Made by a program: the position numbers and the translations under genes
The notes under the pieces: model-generated
Databases searched by the model: none
What the model was told of the DNA's origin: nothing
The model's input: only the letters and a program-made list of their open reading frames with translations
Part shown: piece after piece, positions 57,901 to 64,000 of the stretch
Layout of the letters: each line of letters opens with the position of its first letter
Position numbering within the stretch: position 1 is the stretch's first letter
Source: Nitrospirota bacterium
GTDB taxonomy: Bacteria; Nitrospirota; UBA9217
NCBI GenBank assembly: GCA_963749655.1
Contig: CAVVOB010000024.1
Coordinates: 1 to 64,000, forward strand
Length of the DNA: 64,000 nt
Direction of reading: 5' to 3'

Positions 57901-60346
57901 TCTGCGACGGGTTCTTATTGGTAACGTAGCCCGCGGGAAGGCCCGAAAAATTAAAGTTCCTGCTGGGCGGCGGCGATGCGGTGTAGTTGGGATCGTTCAA
58001 CCGGGCATAGTAGCCCATGGCATTGTAAAACGCCTCTGCAAAAGGAGTCCACGAGGATGCCTGAATGTTGTCGACGACGCTAATAAGGCCTCCCGTCGTA
58101 TGGCTGCCGACCGAGGCGTCGCAGGTTTCCGAGGGAGGGCAATCGGAGTCGACGGCGCATTCCTGCGACTGCGTGGCCGAACACTTGCCGTTGCCCACAT
58201 AGGACCACAGGGTCTTGCAGGTTTCGCCGGAAGGGCAGTTGGCGTCAGCGGAGCATTGTTTGTCCGTTGACAGGGAGCACATTCCCGGGAAGAAGGCGCC
58301 GTCTGTCTTCGTTAACGACCCGCAGGTATCGCCGCTCGGACAGTCCGCATCGTTATAACAGACCCTCGTACTCATTGCGGAGCAGACCTTGGGACAGGGA
58401 ATCGCGAAGATGCACTTACCGCCCGATGGACAGGCGGCGTCCGCGGTGCAGGACGTGCCGGCGGAATTGGAACAGTACCCGTTCTGATTGCATTCCGTTG
58501 CGGACCCGTTGTTCTGGAACGCCATGGCTCCGAAGCGGATGGAATTCTTATATTTATCGATCAATCCCGTCGGCGGCCACACAGCTTGCGTGGAATCATA
58601 GACCGCCACTTTGAACCCCTTCACTCCGCCGGCGGACGAATAGTCGTTCAGCATCGGCATTCCGCTCACGCCGGACTCCGTTATAAAGCCGGGAATGTTC
58701 TGAACTGCGGTAGGCGCCACGGTCCCTGATTGAGGATCAGTCACCCCTCCCGCACCGCCGATCGCCTGGCAGAAATCCTTGTTCTCCGTGAGGGCGCATG
58801 CATCGTTCCACTGGCCTGTAACGCCGTTATAACACAACCCGAGAAACCCCAGCGTGTTGCCGTCAACCAGCGAGGCGGGATGGGACAAAACGCTGGAACA
58901 GACGGCATCACCGGCATCAGGGTTCGTGATACTGACGGAGCTGATGAGGCTGTAATCCGCGGTGCAGGCATTTTCCAGAGGCTGGAGATTGGAGAGGCCA
59001 TGCCCGTTGTAATACCAGAAACAGTCGTGAATCACCTGGTTCGCGGCGACCAGCGTCTCGCTCGAGGGATTGCAGCCGTTCGTCGACGTGCCTCCGGCCA
59101 GGCAGCACTTGGTGTCGTTCTGGAGTGTGCCGAGATTCGTAGTTGTCACGGTCATCCAGTCGTTCACCGCCGCAGTGCATGCGGCCGCATTATACCTGCC
59201 GCCGTATATCTCGATGAACGTCTGGCCGTATTCCGTGGCCTGGCTTGTAATGCTGGGCATCCAGTTAAGGCTCCCTCCCCTGACGCCGAACGTCAGATCG
59301 AGGCAGGCCCGGCACGGTCTTGATGAATTTTCTTCCTGAACATCCGCGCGATTCCGCGGAAAGGGCGCCCGGCGACGGGCTGTTCGGGTCAGTGCTGTTG
59401 ATATACTTTGCCGCCGGTCAGGAATCTTTTTCTCGATGTCAAACTTGGACATCGTAAGCCAGTTGAGAAAGTTGCCGGTTGCGACGAATTGGTTTAGGCG
59501 GTGACGGCCGGAAGCCGTGTTGATGCACACAAAGGGACTTGTAGATGATGCTCCGCCGTAAGTGCACGACGACGGTATTGCGGCGCCGCCGTCAAATTCG
59601 TCGTACGCACCGCGGGACGAGGAGCACGTCGTCAATCCCTGGAAGGTGCTGTAGCAGTAACTGGTCGTCTGATTAAAATAGCCGTCATACCTGCCGACGC
59701 AGGTCTCGCCTGAGGGACAGTTCGAATCGGTAGTACAGATCGTGGTCCTGGTCGAGGAACAGACCTTCGTATTGTCGTAGGTGTTATCGAAGCAGGTGTG
59801 GCTGACCGTGCATTTGTTATTGCAGATGTCGCCTGTGGTGATAGCGTTGCACGTCGAGTCCTGGGTGCACGATATGGGCGTGTAGGTCACCTGGTTCGTG
59901 GTGATGGTCGCCCTCTTGCATTGGTTCTTATGAGCGCCCTGCGACATGCATTCATCAGTCGATCCGTACTCTGTCGTGCAGTAGAGATCCCCGGCTGCTC
60001 CGGGGGTGCAGGCCGCAGGCGTGGTCGATGAGATAGTTGTGGTCGTCGCGCTCGCCAGACAATAGGCCGTGCCGGAGCATGTCGTTCCGGAATTGCAGGC
60101 CGTGTTCGGACTGTTTGCGCAATAGAGGTGCGACGTATCCGTATAGACCAGATCGGCCATACTGGCAGAGTTGTCGATCATGAGCAGGAGGTTCGGCAGC
60201 AGACTGCCGCCCACATAAGGCGGAGTCACGCAGTAGTCATTCATCTGCGCTGCGCCGGCCGCTTGAAAAGACGAGAGACAGAGCATGATCAGAATTGCCG
60301 GCCCAATGATATTCAGTCTTTTTAAAAAATTTCTGAGGTATAACAT
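54920..60346 (-). CDS. pilY1: Large Cys-rich PilY1 adhesin A (~1800 aa); compensating indels at ~59300-59425
   Basis: Signal peptide, DNSAS MIDAS, WTPFAEA, CQKNNIMIITDG, WKLGDIVNSTP, GGNDGMLHAF, YFGTGRY; SD GGAGG. Confidence 0.88.
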   Translation of the reverse strand: MLYLRNFLKRLNIIGPAILIMLCLSSFQAAGAAQMNDYCVTPPYVGGSLLPNLLLMIDNSASMADLVYTDTSHLYCANSPNTACNSGTTCSGTAYCLASATTTTISSTTPAACTPGAAGDLYCTTEYGSTDECMSQGAHKNQCKRATITTNQVTYTPISCTQDSTCNAITTGDICNNKCTVSHTCFDNTYDNTKVCSSTRTTICTTDSNCPSGETCVGRYDGYFNQTTSYCYSTFQGLTTCSSSRGAYDEFDGGAAIPSSCTYGGASSTSPFVCINTASGRHRLNQFVATGNFLNWLTMSKFDIEKKIPDRRQSISTALTRTARRRAPFPRNRADVQEENSSRPCRACLDLTFGVRGGSLNWMPSITSQATEYGQTFIEIYGGRYNAAACTAAVNDWMTVTTTNLGTLQNDTKCCLAGGTSTNGCNPSSETLVAANQVIHDCFWYYNGHGLSNLQPLENACTADYSLISSVSITNPDAGDAVCSSVLSHPASLVDGNTLGFLGLCYNGVTGQWNDACALTENKDFCQAIGGAGGVTDPQSGTVAPTAVQNIPGFITESGVSGMPMLNDYSSAGGVKGFKVAVYDSTQAVWPPTGLIDKYKNSIRFGAMAFQNNGSATECNQNGYCSNSAGTSCTADAACPSGGKCIFAIPCPKVCSAMSTRVCYNDADCPSGDTCGSLTKTDGAFFPGMCSLSTDKQCSADANCPSGETCKTLWSYVGNGKCSATQSQECAVDSDCPPSETCDASVGSHTTGGLISVVDNIQASSWTPFAEAFYNAMGYYARLNDPNYTASPPPSRNFNFSGLPAGYVTNKNPSQMRCQKNNIMIITDGMSTADRNSASESLASLYSSYTSSYPNASGYDTSNSCPSYGGSRSLSTLAWVGNHLNIKTLSTSATTTAAPTNSSEYINTYVVYSGSMITTSPAGLCNPYNLMSATAYNGGGSFYPVSDLSLLNKELDAAFGQIAAAAASGTAASVLASGEGSGANLIQAVFYPRRSFWNSSIGSGGAFEKISWTGRLSNLWYYVDPFFSTTNMREDDGDKILHLQTGDGTHKDYITSLFYDKTTGITKAHRWEDPAGNGVIGTELSPDIDFENLSTLWEAGTLLWKRNVFNNTQSDFSKRKIYTSVTGTSYLSGNFSADTRNGDSDNTSTLQPYLQAATAAEARNLINWVHGIDGGVYRRRTVKIESVDTTARVWKLGDIVNSTPKIASWTALNTYHKTYNDSTYGMPGQDAKLEDPVDSTHYLTTSTYKQRGTVFTGGNDGMLHAFKLGQLQLKWTGQGSFDVARLVNPITGQVCSSSTASTSGVPTCGQEVWAFIPKNALPYLRYMADPGYCHLYSIDLTPIVFDASIGAPGSADVSNTQRVVSHWRTVLIGGMRFGGACRKTGSVCNDSGTDCVNTPLTDPADSSKGLGYSSYFALDVTDADNPQLLWEFADETLGFATSGAAVVRINGSISGASTKEASGNWFVVIGSGPTGPIDSGSHQFMGRSDQNLRLFILDLKTGALIRTIDTGIANAYSGTLANGSLDVDQVSQDYQDEIVYVPFTKKNTSLGTWTDGGVLRLLTKKDPSPGNWSWNTFFSGAAGPITTAVGKLVDNDNHILWTYFGTGRYYYVEQMGIDDANGQRYLLAVKDPCFDGGGYHNTCTDSRTLSDLTNVTDVANVPTTSSANSSSVKGWYISLDLSGIYTYSPDSAVNFMAERVITDPLASTRGIVYFTSYKPYTDQCNLGGKSFIWALQYNTGGPPANLLQGNILIQVSTGAIEQRSLASAFTDAGGRKSAAMEGKPPEAQGMSVLGSPSPSKRVIHVRER
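58120..59762 (-). repeat. Five Cys-rich peptide repeats C-S-x6-C-x2-D-x2-C-P-x4-C within PilY1 A
   Basis: CSSTRTTICTTDSNCPSGETC; CSNSAGTSCTADAACPSGGKC; CSAMSTRVCYNDADCPSGDTC; CSLSTDKQCSADANCPSGETC; CSATQSQECAVDSDCPPSETC. Confidence 0.85.
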
Positions 60347-60458
60347 AATGTCCTCCAGACGAATCCCTTGGAGACCAAACACGGCTGCTCAAACCAAATC
60401 TTATAATCCGGGACCTGTTTTCTTATAGCTCCAGCGGTGGTCCTCTTCAGTATAGTAG

Positions 60459-60671
60459 TGCATAAAACATGCTTAACAACGGCTACCTTTTTTCAATAGC
60501 TTACAATCTTGCCATCATCACAATCCGTCAGAAAACCGACTAACGTAACGAGTGAGAACACATCTGTAAATTGAATTTGCCCCGGCCAGTTGAATGGAAC
60601 GCCCCTGTTCCTCACTTTTGCAACGCAGAGTAAACATAATGTCTATCGATTTCTGTCAAAAAATGCTGACA
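60459..60671 (-). promoter_or_regulatory. Possible non-canonical sigma54 promoter, IHF-like site and enhancer palindrome for cassette A
   Basis: AAGCATGTTTTATGCA (AG-N10-GC, 60459-60474); TTTCAATAGCTTA (60491-60503); TGTCA-N8-TGACA (60654-60671). Confidence 0.4.
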
Positions 60672-60797
60672 ATATAAGTGTATTCGCTTCTAGTATAGCA
60701 AAAGAAGGATTTTATTGATTCAGTGAGCAAGTACGGGGATTGCGACGACGAAGGTCTTAGATAGGTGTGTACAAGAAAGGACCCGGCATGTAACTCA

Positions 60798-61673
60798 TTA
60801 CATAACGATAATGCCTGCGTATGCAACAACCTGTTTAGTATCGCCGCTTACTTCGCCGGAGTTCGTATATTTTATCAGCTCTGCTTTAGTCGCGCCGAGA
60901 GCCTTGGCTGCTGTAAGCATGGCAACAGCCGGACCATAACCGCACATGGTGATTCCGTGGCTCCTGACCGTCTTGTAGAGACCTGCGGGATCAAGGTTCA
61001 GGATGTCGTGAATGGCTTTGAAATCTTTTGTACGGGCGGAATCCGCGTCCTCGTAGTGGGTCATATCGGAGCTCGCGACGATAAGAACGTCATGAAGCGC
61101 TGATTGAGTTCCTTGAAGTTCAGATTTCAATTCAGCTTTCCGCATGGAGACTTGTCCGGATCTGATCGGGGATTCCACAACGGCCTCCCCTATCGCGCGC
61201 CCGAGTTCCTGGCATGTTTCCAACCGAGTGTCGAGCATCTGGATCGGTACGATCCTGCAATCGGGTTTAAGGTACTGGATAAAGGGCAGTTGCACTTCAA
61301 GGGAATGCTCCCGGAGATGAGCCAGCGTGTCGTCCTGCACGCGGGGAGACCGGGAAAGGATCGAACGGGCCAGGACTTCGTCGATCGACACCGTGCCCAG
61401 GGGAGTTTCCCACTCTCCCGCGGACATCAGCGAAACAGGCGCGCCGAGGCCTGTATGGTTCGGTCCGATGAGAACAATGGTGCCGGGAAGTTCGATGCTT
61501 GAATAGACCGCTCCGGCCACGGAACCTGAATAGATCAGTCCGGCATGGGGTGAAAGGACTGCAATGGCCTGCCTGCGCACGGAAGCAGGATTGATGAAGG
61601 AAGCGACCTGTTTCCTGAGCGCTTCAGGAGAACCTTTATAGAATTGCCCTGCAACTGCCGGATGCCGGAGCAT
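60798..61673 (-). CDS. amrB: AmmeMemoRadiSam system protein B (MEMO1 family)
   Basis: RHPAVAGQFY, PHAGLIYSG, GPNHTG, EHSLEVQLPF, ASSDMTHY, TMCGYGP. Confidence 0.9.
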   Translation of the reverse strand: MLRHPAVAGQFYKGSPEALRKQVASFINPASVRRQAIAVLSPHAGLIYSGSVAGAVYSSIELPGTIVLIGPNHTGLGAPVSLMSAGEWETPLGTVSIDEVLARSILSRSPRVQDDTLAHLREHSLEVQLPFIQYLKPDCRIVPIQMLDTRLETCQELGRAIGEAVVESPIRSGQVSMRKAELKSELQGTQSALHDVLIVASSDMTHYEDADSARTKDFKAIHDILNLDPAGLYKTVRSHGITMCGYGPAVAMLTAAKALGATKAELIKYTNSGEVSGDTKQVVAYAGIIVM

Positions 61674-61849
61674 GACCGCCTCATCAATAAAACTGCAAGG
61701 TCTGAAAGGAACTCACGGACAGCGATAAAATCGGATATTTATGGTTCTTTTCTTTATTATACAACATAGATCATCAAGGAAAGGCGGCTGCGGATAATTT
61801 CATCGGATTTTCCAGCGGTCGATGATGGCCAGGCGGTTCTGCCGGGGGG

Positions 61850-62677
61850 TCAGGCTTCCTTGTTCGATTCCAGGATCTTTTCCGTGGTGCCTTTGGACCG
61901 CCTGTCAGAATACTGCTTCAACACATCAAGAATATGCGGCCTTTGAGAAATGATCTCCCTGAGCTTGTCCTCGGTCACTTCCAGGATTACCGAGTCCTCG
62001 GCGGTCTCGACGGTCGCTGTCCGGGGCTTGCCGGTGAGGAAGGACATCTCACCGAAAAAATCGCCGGACCGCAGAACAGCGAGTTCGACGCGATCGCCCG
62101 ACAGCATGGTCGTAAAAACCTTCACGGACCCGATGGCGATGATATACACCGATTTTCCCGCATCGTTCTGCTCCACAACGCACACCCCGGAAGGAAGGGG
62201 GTGGACGTTCATGACCCCGGTAAAGGCGTTGAATTCCTCTTTTGAAAAACCGGCGAACAAGGGGATCACGCTGCTGCCGGACTGCTTCGGTGCGTCCTGT
62301 TTCACGGCCCCCTGATTCGCGGGTTCCTGTTTCGACGGCTCGGCGCGGTTTTCCTTCACCGCCTTGTTCGAGTGAAGCGCCTCGATGCGCTCCTGCGCCT
62401 GCTTGTTGCCAGGCTCGATCCTCAGGGCGAGCTTGTACTGCGCCAGGGCCTTGACCACCGCCCCCTGTTCCGCGTAGAGGTCGGCGGCGCGGACATACTC
62501 CCGCGACGCCGCGGGTTTCTGGTTCAATTTCTGATAGGCGTCGCCGATCCGCACGCGGATGATGGGATCGGGCTCGAGGCGGAACAGGTTCTCCATGTCT
62601 TCGATGGCCGTTTTCCAGTTGGATTTGGCCAGATGTTTTTGAATGTTTTCCGTCAGCTGCGCTTTCTCTGTCGCCAT
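61850..62677 (-). CDS. TPR plus cyclic nucleotide-binding domain protein (paralog 2)
   Basis: RVRIGDAYQKL helical repeats; FFGEMSFLTGKPRTATV; no HTH. Confidence 0.85.
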   Translation of the reverse strand: MATEKAQLTENIQKHLAKSNWKTAIEDMENLFRLEPDPIIRVRIGDAYQKLNQKPAASREYVRAADLYAEQGAVVKALAQYKLALRIEPGNKQAQERIEALHSNKAVKENRAEPSKQEPANQGAVKQDAPKQSGSSVIPLFAGFSKEEFNAFTGVMNVHPLPSGVCVVEQNDAGKSVYIIAIGSVKVFTTMLSGDRVELAVLRSGDFFGEMSFLTGKPRTATVETAEDSVILEVTEDKLREIISQRPHILDVLKQYSDRRSKGTTEKILESNKEA

Positions 62678-62735
62678 GCAAAGACTCCGATCTGAAGAGA
62701 CACTGCCCCTTCCGTCGTACACGAACGTCCGCTGA

Positions 62736-63517
62736 TCAAATCATCTCCCGTACTTTCTCCAGCGTGCTCTTGACGCGCTCTTCGTGGTACTTCTGCAGCA
62801 CTTCCTTGATGCGCGGCCTTTTGTCGATCATTTCGTTGAGATTGAGCTCGGACACTTCGAGCATGTCCGATTCCTCGATCGCTTCCACGGTCGCGGTCCG
62901 GGGCTTGCCGGTGAGAAAGGCGATCTCGCCGAAGAAGTCGCTGGCCTGGAGGGACGGCAAGCTCCACCCTCTTTCCCATGATCGTCGCAAAAATCCGGAC
63001 AGCTCCGCGGGTCAGGATGAAAACCGATCTGCCTGCGTCGCCTTCCTTGATGATGGTCTTGCCCGCAGGCAAGGTATGGACGATCATGCGCTTGGTGAAG
63101 TCGTTGAACTCTTCCTGCGTGAGGTCGGAGAAGAGCGGGATGACGCTTCGCGTGGGCTGCGGCGCGCCGTCCTCGATCGGCTCGAGCTTCAGCTCGGCAA
63201 CGGTCTTGTTGGAATGGAGCCCCTCTATCTTTCCCTGGGCGTCCTTGCTCGCGGGATCGAGCCGGAGCGCCAGCTTGTACTGCGCCAGGGCCTTGACCAC
63301 GAAACCCTTTTCCGCATACAGGTCGGCGGCGTGAATGTACTCCTTCACGGCCTCGGGCTTCTGGTTCAGCTTCTGGCGCGCATCGCCGATCCGCACCCGG
63401 ACGATCGGGTCCTGATCAATGGCAAAGAGCTTCTCCATTTCCGCTATTGCCGATTTCCAGTCGGCTTTCCGAGATATTTCTGGACATTCTCCTGATCGTT
63501 GCTTTTTCCGATGCCAC
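62736..63517 (-). CDS. TPR plus cyclic nucleotide-binding domain protein (paralog 1; indels)
   Basis: SD GAGGAGG, GTG start; RVRIGDARQKL; FFGEIAFLTGKPRTATV in a second frame. Confidence 0.82.
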
Positions 63518-63638
63518 TGACGACCTCCTCGTGAAGCGTCGCTAGTATACATTAATCGGACTGACACGGTTCGGCGATGAACTTGCAGCACGGTCTGGGG
63601 CAAAACGGCTCTGTACCGAAATGAAGCGTCTGAACCGC

Positions 63639-64000
63639 TTAAAACGATCTTTTTTCCGCGTTCTCGAACCGCGTGAACCTGTTGATGTAGGTCAGATCCA
63701 CCTTGCCGACCGGGCCGTTTCGCTGCTTCCCGATGATGACCTCGGCGACGCCCCTCCTGCCGCACAAACACTCGCCGTCGGGAGGGCATTCGCATTTGTT
63801 GTAGACCTCGTCCCGGTAAATGAACAGGATCACATCGGCGTCCTGCTCGATGGCGCCGGACTCGCGAAGATCGGCGAGCATGGGCCTCTTTTCCTTGCCC
63901 GGGCGGGTCTCCACGGCGCGGTTGAGCTGCGACAGCGCAATGACCGGGATCTTGAGGTCCTTGGCCAGCATCTTGAGCGAACGGGAGATGTTCGATATTT
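63639..64000 (-). CDS. dnaB: Replicative DNA helicase, 3' end (partial)
   Basis: [34 protein letters not shown]. Confidence 0.96.
   Translation of the reverse strand, partial: ISNISRSLKMLAKDLKIPVIALSQLNRAVETRPGKEKRPMLADLRESGAIEQDADVILFIYRDEVYNKCECPPDGECLCGRRGVAEVIIGKQRNGPVGKVDLTYINRFTRFENAEKRSF

Noticed and set aside
59300-59425. Odd Arg-rich stretch (IPDRRQSIS...RPCRACLD) in PilY1 A as a novel domain
   Set aside because: Removing three single-base insertions gives LTGGKYINSTDP...ESRGCSGRKFIKTV, so it is a compensated indel artefact

Overview
A chromosomal segment of a GC-rich anaerobic bacterium. Gene content and order suggest Nitrospirota or a Desulfobacterota-like lineage (inference). 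The sequence looks like a long-read assembly with many 1-bp indels, densest at ~19.3-23.8 kb and ~33.6-40.1 kb, so several essential genes appear frameshifted. In order: (1) a cobalamin operon (cobT-cbiP-cbiB-cobD-cbiA) under two tandem cobalamin riboswitches; (2) rpmB; (3) an unexplained redox/metal cluster made of an exported 6-bladed beta-propeller whose blades start with His or Cys and which carries a CxxCH, a separately promoted MacB-type ABC/TPR/NosL/DUF4418 operon, and a convergent sigma54-type heptaheme cytochrome c plus cytochrome b pair; (4) housekeeping genes (truA, livMGF, coaBC, rpoZ, gmk, remA, yicC, lepB, lepA, ROK kinase, mog, tldD, rfaE2, eno, PGM/PMM, hisS); (5) mlaEFD preceded by a PP2C/anti-sigma kinase/STAS partner switch; (6) an M48 peptidase, a ~240-nt structured RNA candidate with its own promoter and terminator, an atypical LuxR regulator and maf; (7) two type IV minor-pilin/PilY1 cassettes, each with an Ig-like lipoprotein; (8) a MEMO1-family gene, twin TPR-cNMP genes and the 3' end of dnaB. 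No tRNA, rRNA, CRISPR array or transposase was seen. The best candidate for an undescribed system is the propeller-NosL-ABC-cytochrome bc cluster (6.4-13.1 kb), followed by the orphan structured RNA at 40.76-41.0 kb. All family assignments are from motif recognition, not database searches.
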